Source: Squalus acanthias (taxonomy: Eukaryota). Taken from it: a stretch of DNA of 64,000 nt. Location of the stretch: the NCBI GenBank assembly GCA_030390025.1, contig CM059432.1, positions 27,778,001 to 27,842,000 on the forward strand, in the 5' to 3' direction. Shown here piece by piece: positions 50,221-62,459 of the stretch (its first letter is position 1; each line of letters begins with the position of its first letter). The notes under the pieces were generated by a model that worked only from the letters and a program-made list of their open reading frames with translations, had not been told where the DNA came from and made no database searches. The position numbers and the translations under genes were made by a program.

Positions 50221-51757
50221 GACCCAGGCATGTCACCTGGCCTGCTGTTTTTGCAGGGCCCTGGTTTCTGTTCAATGTCGCAGGCTTCTGCCACGAGGTC
50301 TAGAAGCCATTTTGTCTAAGATAACCCTTATTAATAACTCTGGGGAATATGGGAATTTTGAGAACCTTACACTGAGGAGGATAAGGATAGACTTCAAGAG
50401 GACATAGACAGGCTGGTGGAATGGGCAGACATGTGGTAGATGAAGTTTAATGCAGAAAAATGTGAAGTGATACATTTTGGGAGGAAGAACGAGGAGAGGC
50501 AATATAAACTAAAGGATACAATTCTAAAGGGGGTGTAGGAACAGAGAGATCTGGTGTATATGTGCACAAATCATTGAAGGTGACAGGACATGTTGAGAAA
50601 GCAGTTATAAAAGCATATGGGATCCTGGGCTTTATAAATAGAGGCACAGAGTACAAAAGCAAGGAAATTATGATGAACCTTTATAAAACACTGGTTCGGC
50701 CACAACTGGAGTATTGTGTCCAATTCTGGGCACTGCACTTTAGGAAGGATGTGAAGGCTTTAGAGGTGCAGAAAAGATTTATGAGAATGATTCCAGGGAT
50801 GAGGGACTTCAGTTACGTGGCTACACTGGAGAAAATGGGGTTGTTCTCCTTAGAGAAGAGAAGATTGAGAGGAGATTTGATAGAGGTGTTCAAAATCATG
50901 AGGGGTCTGGACAGAGTAGATAGAGAGAAACATTGGCGGAAGGGTCGTGAACTAGAGGACACAGATTTAAGGTGATTGGTAGAAGTTCCAAAGGCGACAT
51001 GAGGGAAAACTTTTTTATGCAGTGAGTGGTCATGATCTGGAATGCACTGCCTGAAAGGGTGATGGAGGCAGATTCAATCGTGGGCTTTCAAAAGGGAATT
51101 AGATAAGTACCTGAAAGAAAAAACTTTGCAGGGCTATGGAGAAAGGGTGGGGGATTGGGACTAGCTGAAGTGCTCTTGCAGAGAGCCGGCACGGGCTCGA
51201 CAGGCCGAATGGCCTCCTACTGTAACGATTCTATGATTCTATGACAGTGGTCCCATGCACCTGCTGCCCTTATCCTTCGAGCTGGTGAAGGCCATGGGTT
51301 GGGAGGTGCTGCTGAAGAAGCATTGGTGAGTTGCTGCAGTGTATCCTGTAGATAGTACACACTGCAGCCACGGTACGCTAGTGGTGGAGGGAGTGGATGT
51401 TTAGGCTAGTGGATGAGGTGTCGATCCAGCGGATTGCTTTGACCTGGATGGTGATAAGCTTCTTGAGTGTTGTTGCAGCTGTACCCATCCAGGTAAGTGG
51501 AGAATATTCCATCACACTCCTCCCAGGATAATGATGGTGGGGGACTCGGCGATGCTAATGCCATTGAATGTCAAGAGGAGCTGGTTATAGTGTATAAGTC
51601 TGATAGCATCAAAATAGTGCTTCACTTCAACGGAAAAGTCAATTAAGGTACTGAATACATTAACAGAGGGATCGAGCACTCATCTAAATATTGTAGTTAT
51701 ATGTGGTGATCGTGGGATGCCACCAAAACTACTGTGAGCAGTTCTGGTTGCCTAATA

Positions 51758-52940
51758 AGAACCTAAGAACATAAGAAATAGGAGCAGGAATAGGCCAGTT
51801 GTTCCTTCGAGCTTGCTCCGCCATTCAATAAGATCAAGACTGATCTTCTACCTCAACTCCACATTCCCGCACTATCCCCATATCCCTTGATTCCCTTAGT
51901 ATCAAAAATCTATCAATCTCTGTATTGAATATACTCAACGACTGAGCATCCACAGCCCTCTGGGGTAAAGAATTCCAAAGATTCACAACCCTTTGTGTGA
52001 AGAAATTTCTCCTCATCTCAGTCCTAAATGGCCAACCCCTTATTCTGAGACTGTGACCCCTTGTTCTAGACTCCCCAGCCAGGGGAACATCTTCCCAGCA
52101 TCTACGCTGTCAAGCCCCTTAAGATTATTCTACTTTTCAATGAGATCACCTCTCATTCTTCTAAACTCTATAGAAAATAGGCCTATTCTACTCAATCTCT
52201 CCTCATGGGACAATCCCCTCATCCCAGGAATCAGCCTAGTAAACCTAGGCTGCACTCCCTCTAAGGCAAGTATTTCCTTTTTTAGGTAAGGAGACCAAAT
52301 CTGTACATAGTACTCCAGGTGTGGTCTCACCAAGGCCCTATATAATTGTAGTAAGACTTCTTAGCTCATACCCTAATCCCTTTGTAATAAAGGTTAACAT
52401 ACCATTTGCTTTCCTAATTGCTTGCTGTACCTGTATGTTAACATTCTGTGATTTGTGTACAAGAACACCCAGGTCCCTCTGAATGCCAACATTTCCCAGT
52501 CTCTCACCATTTAAAAAATATTCTGCTTTTCTATTTTTCCTACCAAAATGGATAACTTCACACTTCTCCACATTACATTCCATCTGCCACGTCCTTGTCC
52601 AATCACTTAACCTGTCTAAATCCCTTTGCAGCTTCCTTGTGTCCTCCTCACAGCTTACTTTCCCACTTAACTTTGTATCGTCAACAAACTTGGATACATT
52701 ACACCCAGTCCCCTCATCTAAGACATTGATATAGATTGTAAACAGCTGAGGCCCAAATCACTGATCCTTGCAGTACCCCACTAGTTACAGCCTGCCAACC
52801 CGAAAATGACCCATTTATTCCTACTCTCTGTTTCTGTCCGTTAACCAATCCTCAATCCTTGTTAACATATTACCCCCAATCTCATGATCCCTAATTTTGT
52901 GTAATAACTTCTTGTGTGGCACCTTATCGAATGCTTTTTG
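51758..52940 (-). mobile_element. CR1 RT/3' fragment
   Basis: RT C-terminal ORF pieces; (TTCTTATG)n tail. Confidence 0.9.
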
Positions 52941-53413
52941 AATAATCATAGGCAGGACATTAGTGTAATTCAGAAGGTACCGAGATAAACAACAAAGATG
53001 GATCTGTTACCAGGTGTGTGTAAGTGCTGAAGAAAACTTCAGGGAGTTGAGTTTTGTTTTCTTTGGAAAAGAGACTTTGTGGCCTACTCCTGCTCCTATT
53101 TCTTATGTTCTTATGTTCTTATCTATTTAATTTTTCAGGATTGTGAAGGAAATTGTTCACTATATTGACAGTTTGATGTACCAGGGAACACAAGTTTAAA
53201 AATTTGGGAGTTAGAAGAAAGGAGGGAAATTGGACAGAATTTAGTCACCCGAACGGTAATGGAACTGTTGAATGTGTTACCAGGGAAAGTCACTGCAGGG
53301 TGCAGTATAAATGGGTTCAAGTGACAGTTTTATGCATTTCTGGCGAGAGTTAGCATTGGGGTTATGATGAAAGGGCAAGTCAAGTTAATCGCTAAATAAG
53401 GACTAAACTTTAA

Positions 53414-53450
53414 GGTTCTGATGAAAGGTCATCGACCTGAAACGTTAACT
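53414..53450 (+). ncRNA. Minimal type I hammerhead ribozyme motif
   Basis: GGTT-CTGATGA-A-AGGTC(ATC)GACCT-GAAA-C-GTT^AACT: conserved core, 5-bp stem II, palindromic ACGT in place of stem III, 4-bp helix I. Confidence 0.78.
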
Positions 53451-53515
53451 CTCTTTCTCTCTCCACGGATGCTGCCTGGCCTGCTGAGTTTTTCCAGCGT
53501 TTTCTGTTGTTATTT
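53416..53515 (+). mobile_element. 100-bp Penelope-derived insertion starting at a hammerhead motif
   Basis: 13-bp TSD CTAAACTTTAAGG (53403-53415, 53516-53528). Confidence 0.88.
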
Positions 53516-55223
53516 CTAAACTTTAAGGACCTTTTCCTATTTTTGAGAATTCATATGTTCTTAAGTACCTTAAAAATAACAAAATTTCACACGTTACTTT
53601 TCAAATTGTATCTTTAATATCATAAGGACTCTTATAAGTGGAATTAAATAGATTTTCTTCATTAAAGCATTCCTTTACATATATAGTACTGTATCCCTGA
53701 TAACAAAAATTATACACTTTTTTTGTTTCATTTCTCTTTCATTCTGTGTTGCAGCACCGTGATATTGAGCAGTGCAACTAATTCACCTCATAGGCTTTAA
53801 GGAGAAGGTAATCGATGGGGAGGGGGAAAGAAGCACCATGTATGATCAGCTTTCACCCACAACTCACATTCATTATTTTATTTTCATCAAAATGTTTTTT
53901 TTGTTTACCACTGTGCTGTCGATCGCTGGGTGCTGTCCATTCTTAGATTGTCATCTTTTACAGGGGGTGAGTGGTGGGAATCGTGGCTCAAGTTTGAAGT
54001 TTGGGTTGCCCACTATAAAACTCAACTGAAAAATCTAGTCATTACTGTCGCCCCATTGCGAGACTTGGGGGAGGAGGGTACCTTCTATGTTAAAGATTAG
54101 ACTTTTTGGCATCTTGTAGGAAATCACAGACATATGGATTGTTTGGGCCAAAAGATGAATCACACTTATCAAGGTGACAGCACCAAGGAGATTTCTTTGG
54201 GTGGTTATTCCATATGCTGTTTATGTCTTCAGCAATAATTGTATTACTGCCTCCACCATCTCCAAAAAATCCACCAGGACATGAACTGGGGCTAAAGCAC
54301 TTGCCCAAGGAGTTACCTTCTTCCTTCAAAAGCAAAGAAGTGATTGATTAGCACCTTGTTGTACCTTAAAATCTAAAATAATGAATCGTACAGCTCCTCT
54401 ATTATAGGAATAACAATGCACATCACTGTTCATCTATAGGAGACACCATCTCAAGTTTACCGAAAGTCCTATATGTCTCAACTGCACACATTTTAGTTGT
54501 TTATTATTCAGTGCTGGCTTTGACCATGGACTAAAGCAACCCTGGTGAAAGTTGGCTTTTTGTCAAGGAGAGATTACTGGTTCGTGCAAATCCTTAACGG
54601 ATGTCACTTTAAAGGAAGAGGTGCTTTGTGAGGTGAGCATGTTGCAGAAAATGTCCTTGCAGACCATGGCAAATAGGACCTTAATGGACTGCAAGGTCTT
54701 TTCTCATTCTGTGCTTTCTCGTGTATACTTTGATAACATTGTCTGAACTCTGCAACTCTCTTGACCCTTTCCAACACATATTATTCTTTATATTATGCAT
54801 AGCCAAGGTTCATGGGGATAAATGGACAATTTTATTCTGTTTGTATCTCCCTTTAGTTTTGCAAGTTGCTGGTGTCATGGCTGACAGCGTGATCTTGTGA
54901 CCAAATCATGTCACTTTAGCTGCAGGGATTCACTTCAGGACACGTTGCAGGTGGCTAGAGGAAAATATATAGATATTACTTTTTTTAGTTCTCCTCTAGA
55001 TGACTTATCTGTAAATGAGAAGCTCCTATAAAGATAAAAAATCTGACCTTTATAAATGTTTGTCTAGAAAACAGTCACTCACTTCAAACTAATGCACTGG
55101 CTGTGACATTTCAGGGTGACAAAGTGCTATGTAAGTGAAAGCTTTTTTCCCTTTTTAAACTCAAAGGAGGTTGATCTCATCTGGGCACACTGCTAAAAGC
55201 ATTTGTAATAAGTTCCTTTGGGT

Positions 55224-55429
55224 CAATAGCAAAATACTGCGGATGCTGGAAATCTGAAATAACAACAGAAAATGCTGGAAACACTCAGCAGGTCAGGCAG
55301 CATCCGTGGAGAGAGAAACAGAGTTAACGTTTCAGGTCTGTGACCCAGCGTCAGAACTGACAGATCTGAAACATTAACTCTGTTTTTCTCTTTCCATGGA
55401 GGCTGCCTGACCTGCTGAGTGTTTGCAGC
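55224..55429. mobile_element. Older imperfect palindromic Penelope-derived insertion
   Basis: 14-bp TSD AAGTTCCTTTGGGT (55210-55223, 55430-55443); diverged inverted arms. Confidence 0.85.
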
Positions 55430-55644
55430 AAGTTCCTTTGGGTTCTATTTCAATGCAGCCGCTGTCCCATTTATTTTAAGTGGGTTAAGGATCCCTTCAA
55501 AAAAATGGGCAAGCAGTTTTACGCAGACCTGTTAAGAGCTGAGCGTCTGGACATATTTAAGGCCCATGGTGAGAAATGTACTGAGGTGAAGGGCTGTGCA
55601 GGGTTCAGTGACAGGTAAAAGGCTCGAGTTTCTCCTTAGACATT

Positions 55645-55905
55645 TATACGAACATACGAGTTAGGAGCAGGAGTCGGCCACTTGGCCCTTCGAGCCTGCT
55701 CCGCCATTCACTAAGATCATGGCTGATCCGATTACTCCACATTCCCGCCTACCCCTGATAACTTTTCACCCCCTTGCTTACCAAGAATCTATCTACCTCT
55801 GCCTTAAAAATATTCAAAGACTCCGCTTCCACCGCCCTTTGAGGAAGAGAGTTCCAAAGACTCACGACCCTCTGTGAGAAAACATTTCTCCTCATCTCTG
55901 TCTTA
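55645..55905 (-). mobile_element. CR1 3' end fragment
   Basis: Conserved CR1 3' UTR; (TTCGTATG)n tail variant. Confidence 0.8.
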
Positions 55906-57444
55906 TGATCCATTCCCCAATGAAAAATTTGGGACCATGCTCAGCTGAGGCCAGGAGTAATCCTCATCGACAGGAAAGCCCGCACAGGAATTTAATCCTG
56001 GGAACAAAACAAGCCACAGAGCACTACGGCCTTGATTGTTAAAGAGGAATTATGTTTCACTACATTTTTGGATTCTATGATCAAAGATCTGTGCTGAACT
56101 AGTTGATCTCAATTGGGACAGCAGTGTAAGAACATACGAACATAAGAAATAGGAGAAGGAGTAGGCCATAAGGCCCCTCGAGCATGGCGTAAAATCCCTG
56201 TGCCTGAATGGTGAGGCCCATGTTCCCATGATATTGGGCCTCAGGCCTCAATTACATCGAGCTGGCATGGAGTGAGCAACCAACCCGCGAAGAATAAAAT
56301 AAGACTGGGCCATTGCTACCGTCACAATGGCCCTCAGTTAAGTGGAGTGGGGTCAGAAGCCAGGGAGAGAAATCAGAGGCGGGGTGGTTGGGAGATAGGA
56401 GGCCGGGAAGGGGCATCGGAAGCCGAGGATCAAGAGATAGGAGGTTAGGGAGGGGGATCGGAAACCGGAGAGGTGAATCGGAGGCCGGGGAGGGGAATTG
56501 GAGGCAGGGGGACAGGAGATAGAAGGCCGTAATGTCTACTTCAAAACTGCCCCTAATTAGCATTTGTAAATCATAAAATAATGTGTTAAAAGCAACTCTT
56601 AGGTGGATGTGAAAGATCCCATTGCACTATACGTGCGCATGTATGATGCCCAACCCTGTTATGTTTTACTGAATTTATGGATTCTACGGTTATAGGTCTG
56701 TGCTGAATTAACTGATCTCAGTGAGCTAGGCTAGAGAGCAATGTCCCCCGTAAACTGCACTGCCTCCTGCGCAGCCTGCCTCCCCCAATGCGCGGCCCTT
56801 TCAAATTGGATGCTACAGTAGACCTCAGTGTAAACTATCTAAAGCACTTCCCAACTAATAATTTTTGAAGTACATTGACTGTTGTTATGTAGATAAATGA
56901 ACAGCAGTCCTAAGTCTGCAATGTTGAACAAACGGCAATGAGATGAATGACTGGATAATAATGTATGCTTTTGGTGATACTGGTAGAGGGAGGAATGTTG
57001 GCCAGGACATTGGGAGAAGTCCCTGCTCTTCTTCAAATAAAAGAAAGAAAACAAAAGACTTGCATTTATGTAGCACCTTTCACAACTTCAGGCTATCCCA
57101 AAATGCTTTACAGTCAATGAAGTACTTTTGAAAAGCAATCACTGTTGTAATGTAGGAAACGCAGCAGCCAATTTGCACACAGCAAAGTCTCCGAAACAGC
57201 AACGACTAGATAATCTGTTTTTTTAGTGATGTTTGTTGAGGGATAAATATTAGCTGGGACATCCCTGCTCTTCTTTAAAATAGTGCTATGGGATCTTTCA
57301 CATCCACGTAAGAGTTTAACGTCTCATCCGGAAGATAGCACCTCTGACAGTGCCACTCTCCCTCAGTATTGTTCTGAAGTGGCAGCCTGGATTACATACG
57401 CAAGTCTCTGGAGTGCGACTTGAACCCATGACCTTCTATCTCAG

Positions 57445-58054
57445 GAGCAAGGATGTCTTGCTGCAGTTGTATAGGGCCTTGGTGAGACCACACCTTGAGT
57501 ATTGTGTGCAGTTTTGGTCGCCTTATCTGAGGAAGGATGTTCTTGCCATGGAGGGAGTGCAGCGAACATTCACCAGACTGATACCTGGGATGGCAGGAAT
57601 GATGTATGAAGAGAGATTGGGACGATTGGGCTTGTATTCGCTAGAGTTTAGAAGAATGAGAGGGGATCTCATTGAAACTTATAAAATTCTAACAGGACTA
57701 GACAGACTAGATGCAGGAAGGATGTTCCTGATGGCGGGGGAGTCCAGAACCAGGGGTCACAGTCTAAGGATAAGGGGGAAGCCATTTAGGACAGAGATGA
57801 GGAGGAATTTCTTCACCCAGAGAGTGGTGAACCTGTGGAATTCTTTACCACAGAAGGCAGTTGAGGCCAATTCATTAAATATATTCAAGAAGGAGATAGA
57901 TATATTTCTTAAGGCTAAAGGGATCAAGGGATATGGGGAGAAAGCAGGGACAGGGTACTGAATTTGGATGATCAGCCATGATCTCATTAAATGGCGGAGC
58001 AGGCTCGAGGGGCCGAATGGCCTACTCCTGCTCCTATCTTCTATGTTTCTATGT
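57445..58054 (+). mobile_element. CR1 3' fragment inserted in a Deu-type SINE head
   Basis: [19 protein letters not shown]...GYGEKAGTGY; the SINE sequence resumes at 58055-58085. Confidence 0.9.
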
Positions 58055-58670
58055 AAAAGTGCTACCACTGAGCCACAGCTAACACCATTGGATGTTAATA
58101 TTACCATTGGATCGTAATCCTTCACTTGAATGAGAAGACAAGACCACAGATTAAATTCTGAGCAGAACAGTGCAGAACTGCCTTGGCAATGCATGGAAGT
58201 TTCCGCCTGAATAGGTTTTGGAGGAGTTTGTACCCACAGCCTTGTACCGCAGAGGTGAGATTGCTACCAACTGAGCAAAACTGAGAAAGTGGCTTTAAGA
58301 CATCAGTACCAAAAATTTAGTAATTATAGGGCTATTCAGTAGAATGTACTTCTCTTTTAAGACAGATTACTGGCTTGAAATGCAACCATGGGAACACTGA
58401 ATCTGGAGGTTGACCTAAGTATTAAAGTGACATCACAGTAAATAATATTTTTCTAACATTTTCTGTTGGATATTTTCATAAATTTATCTTTTTTTGTAGA
58501 AAATAATAATTCCTTAGAGCTGAGATAGGGAACTCGTATTTTTCAGACAATTAACTCACTGATGACAGGTGTGAGAGTGCCTTCATTACCCCAGGGTAAA
58601 AATATATATATTTTCCAGCCTTCCCACTAATTCTGTTGTCAGTCAATCGAAGGGCATCAATTTTTAAAAT

Positions 58671-58970
58671 TTAATTTGAAATTTCAGAGTAGTCGGGATA
58701 GTAGGACAGATCTGCAAAAATGTCATTGGGGTTCTTGCATCTCAAGTTGCAGAAACAGGAGTTTATCCACATCAGGTTCTTGGAGAAGCCCAGGCCGTCG
58801 GGGCAGTCGAAATTCACCTCGATGGTCTTTGACTTCTGGGGAGTGCAGCATCGGTCGTCCGTGCAGACACCGCAGTACTTGGGCCGGTAGGTGCGCCGGC
58901 TCACACAGCCGGACAAGGTGAAGTTCATGGGTTCCGCCTGCTTCAGCACGCTGAGGCACTTCTTTCCTTC
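58671..58970 (-). CDS. CCN4: CCN4/WISP1 terminal exon, cystine-knot CT domain (EGKKCL...YRPKYCGVCTDDRCCTP...CKNPNDIFADLSYYPDYSEISN*)
   Basis: ttttgcag acceptor, 300 bp to TAA; C-terminus NPNDIFADL..YPD.SEI.N is characteristic of WISP1; convergent to NDRG1 as in mammals. Confidence 0.96.
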   Translation of the reverse strand, partial: EGKKCLSVLKQAEPMNFTLSGCVSRRTYRPKYCGVCTDDRCCTPQKSKTIEVNFDCPDGLGFSKNLMWINSCFCNLRCKNPNDIFADLSYYPDYSEISN

Positions 58971-60028
58971 CTGCAAAAAGAGAAACCGCCATAGTGAGCA
59001 ACATTGGCTGAATACACTTTGTCAATTCCCTTCACAATCCGGAAGATCTCAATTAGATCACTTCAACGTTTTCCCTTTCCCCAAGGAAAAATGGCCAGCT
59101 TCCTTAACTCCTCCCTGCAGTGTCCTGAAGTGAAAGAATTAAAAGTGATATTATTTTATTTTTTCTCGGGGTCCTGTTTAGTCCAGCTTAGTGATGTAAA
59201 CACGACTGAACTGACAAGACTAATTACTCTCAAAGTAATGGGCCATTGGAAAGCATTGGTAAACTTCTGTTTTATCTTCAGGATGACAGCGCATTGCAAG
59301 TATGTTTTGGTAACATGATTCTTTGGCTATTTGCACGGAGTTTCTGTTTTGTGAATACACAGTGATGATATTTAGATCAGACAAGTTGGCCTTTATGGAC
59401 ACATGACACCTTCACGCCAGTTCAAGTTTGAGCCAATAAACAATATCACTGCTAGATGGAGCAATATGTCCAGTTAACCAGTGTATGGTTTACATTCCAT
59501 TTGAATACTATAGAAAAGATCAAAGATATCTATATATGCATAGTAAAAATGTAGGTGCAGTATTGAGGTTCTGCCACCAGACGGCCTCAGTACATGCGTT
59601 AAACACCAGTATCCTACCTCATATCTGTTTTGTGCTGAGGACACCTAGAGGCTGCTGGTCATTTATCACCCCAACAGAAAAGAGTCCTTCAGCGCACTAT
59701 TGCCTGGTTATTATGGTTGGTGGTATTATCTCAAAGCCTTTGTATGACATTCCTCTGTCTGTTATTTTAGCGTGGGCAATAAGGCATTACTTCAAAGGAG
59801 CTAACACCTCCGTTAAAATAACAGACAGAGGAGTGCCATAGGAACACGTTAAGTAAATAATATGGGCAACAGTAGTTTCTAGGCTTATGTGCTAGTGACA
59901 TAAACAAAGTTGGAGGGTTGTCTCTGATCACAATTTGTAACAAAATCATAAACATGTTTTTTGTGCCCAGCAGTAAGTGGAGGAACAGGGACCACAATGT
60001 AGAATGATGGTATGTGAATAGGACGAGC

Positions 60029-60202
60029 GGGGGTAATTTCAACCAAACCCACTGGGAGGAAAACTATCGGACTGGATCAGACCCCCGTGTTACCCCTGCC
60101 CGATTTTCCTCTCAATGGAAAGTAAAATCAGACGGGACGTAAAACAGGCAACTGACCCGATCCCGTCAGTTTCCCACCGGACAGGTTGGGCTAAAATAAC
60201 CT
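60029..60202. mobile_element. Decayed palindromic MITE-like element
   Basis: Ends GGGGTAATTTCAACC..GGGCTAAAATAACC, with imperfect symmetry throughout around ~60115. Confidence 0.6.
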
Positions 60203-60544
60203 GCTATATTGCACTGGTTTGACCGTGAGACTTCTCTTTTGATGGCATGGGGCAGATGGATGATCACGAAGAGGGGGGCATTTCTACCCTGTGTGGCGAT
60301 AACGACCCAGGTGAATAACTTCAGCAGCTGTCAAGGGGATTTTTTTTAATTATTCATTCTCGGAATATGGGCGTCGCTGGCAAGGCTGGCATTTATTGCC
60401 CGTCCCTAGTTTCCCTGACTGAGTAGCTCGTTAGACTACTTCAGAGGGCAGTTAAAAGTTAACCACGTACGCCAGACCAAATAAGGACGGTAGGTTTGCC
60501 TCCCTAAAGGACATTAGTGAGCCAGTTGGGTTTTTTACGACAGT

Positions 60545-61035
60545 GTGCTTAATGATAGATTATTATAGTTTAACAAATTTTGGGAAGACCAGGGGACATG
60601 AGTTTAAACTATATAAGAGTTGGAATAGACTGGATGTTTGGCGATTCTGCTTTTCCCAGATTGTAGTGAGCCTCTGGAATAGATTGCCAGCTGGTGTGGT
60701 GGTGTTGAGTCTCTGCAGGCCTTTATGAGGGAGCTGGACTGGGGCAGAGATTGCATCATTTAGAAGGTAAGTGGTTTTACAGATAACACATGGTCCATGT
60801 GATCTCCTGGACGGGGTTTGATTGAGGGGGTCGGAGAAGAATTTTCCAGAGTATTTTTGCCCTTATCGGCCCTGGGTTTTTCTGGTTTTTTGCCTATCTC
60901 GGAGATTATGTGGCTGCAGTTGGGGGTGGGCGGGGGGAGGTGGGAAGTGTCTAGTCATGATGCTCCAGCCATCATGAGTGAGGGACTGGCTTGATGGACC
61001 AGCTGTTCTTTTCATGCCCGTCAATTTCGTATGTT
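60545..61035 (+). mobile_element. CR1-like 3' fragment (family with a longer 3' UTR)
   Basis: TRGHEFKL..FSQIVVSLWNRLP; TTCGTATGTTCG tail; a related minus-strand copy lies at ~21295-21850. Confidence 0.7.
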
Positions 61036-61757
61036 CGGAATCCAGCAGCTTCATGGTCACTTTTAGTGATACCAGTATTTTTATATTTGCAGATTTTTTA
61101 TAAAACGAATTTCAAATTTTCAAGCTGTCATGGTGGGATTTGAATTCAGTATGTCGGGATTATTAGTCCATAAGTGGACTAGTTTCCCCTCGCTAAAGGA
61201 GGGTGGGTGATATAATAGTGAACATTGCCTCAATCACTAAGTGTACATTACTAACAGCATCCTGCAACACACCCTCAAGCAGAAAAACTGTTTCTTATTC
61301 AAAAAGTCAAATATAAAGACCTATCTTGACAATCCCAACCAGTGCCTTAAAGCTGATGGCACTTAAACAGCAGCACAGGAATCAGTGGTGTCAGGTTTGA
61401 TGGGGACAGTTTGCCCAGGGGTGGAGCTGACCAGAATACTGTGAAATTTACATAACTCACACTTGAAACAGGGCTTGGGGTCTACACCAGCGCAGCCTCT
61501 ATTTGCTTCGCCAATACTTTGCCTTAAAACCATCGCGCTACAAATCAGGCGCACAGCCCTGCTTGCTTTTATTGAGGCCCTGCACTGCCAGCCAAGCCTT
61601 GCAAAATCAGGACTATAGCAACCAGACAAAATCTTCCGCTACATCTTTCTTCTTTTTGACTCTGTAAATCCAGTGCTTGACTCTTGGAAATTAGATTTTG
61701 GGGGTTTGGATGGAGTTTCAGAATCTCAGATCTGACCATGGTTGTTACAGAGTTGAT

Positions 61758-61790
61758 CTGACGAAAGGTCTTTGACCTGAAACGTTAACT
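61758..61790 (+). ncRNA. Minimal hammerhead core
   Basis: CTGACGA-A-AGGTC(TTT)GACCT-GAAACGTT^AACT; the helix I 5' strand is replaced by target DNA. Confidence 0.65.
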
Positions 61791-61888
61791 CTGTTTTTCT
61801 CTCCACAGATGCTGCCTGACCTGCTGATTATTTCCAGCATTTTCTGTTTTTATTTCAGATTTCCAGCATCCACAGTATTTTGCTTTTG
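61760..61888 (+). mobile_element. Penelope-derived insertion in a CCN4 intron
   Basis: 13-bp TSD ACAGAGTTGATCT (61747-61759, 61889-61901); same pLTR sequence. Confidence 0.87.
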
Positions 61889-62459
61889 ACAGAGTTGATC
61901 TTGTCCACCAAAATTATTTCTTTTAGATTGAGAATTTGCAGTGATTTGATGATTTTATTCCACCCTGAGTATTCCTATTGCCCCATCTTTCCTGTATGGA
62001 CTCCAGCAGGAAAGGAATATGGGTTTCCCCCTTCCCCCAATATTCAGCCCCTTTCCCCCCTCCTCTGCTGAAAGCATTGCCTCATGATTGCTCCGCTGCT
62101 ACTGCAAGCCCTCTAGTATCTAGTCTAGGTAGTCATTCTTCATGTGTAAACCTGGATAGTAAGTACTGACAAAGTGTTTGACCATGCTGGGGGAGCTGGG
62201 GGAGCTGGGAGGGTATCAGGATGGACTTTGATTCCAGCGGGAATCACTAGGCAGCAATCGAGCATGAACCCTGTCTGATTTTTTTCCCTTCTGAAGACAG
62301 GGGTCCGGCTCAGACAGCTGATTCAACACAGACCAGAGGACGAAACAGGAACCTTACTGGTCTGTATGGCTTGGTACCACACTGCATTTATTCAGCGAGT
62401 CACTGGGATGGCCCTGGGAGTACGAATTTAATGATGTCAAATAAGACTGAGAATGTTAC

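Larger units (their letters stand above)
39685..50371 (-). mobile_element. Fragmented ~1.4 kb solo LTR-like element hosting four later insertions
   Basis: Starts TGTA and ends TACA; near-4-bp TSD GTGA/CTGA; interrupts a CR1 RT. Pieces at 39685-40029, 42413-42756, 45016-45253, 49461-49786 and 50221-50371. Minus-strand AATAAA at 39840-39845 suggests orientation. Confidence 0.7.
39181..51243 (+). mobile_element. CR1 RT fragment split by the LTR stack (39181-39684 plus 50372-51243)
   Basis: RT sequence runs to GTGAACAGTGA and resumes at CTGAGGAGGAT; (ATTCTATG)n tail; possible TGACAG duplication at 39178-39183 and 51242-51247. Confidence 0.88.
38945..51585 (-). mobile_element. Old non-LTR retrotransposon 3' fragment (clade undetermined) split by CR1 (38945-39180 plus 51245-51585)
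   Basis: The two halves join into the reverse complement of the uninterrupted copy at 27130-27545. Confidence 0.75.

Noticed and set aside
57350..57961. 203-aa ORF as a novel chimeric gene
   Set aside because: Chance read-through from an antisense SINE head into a CR1 3' fragment; GTG start only.
53590..58670. A ~5-kb CCN4 3' UTR ending at a minus-strand ATTAAA near 53615
   Set aside because: Plausible, but cannot be supported without transcript data.
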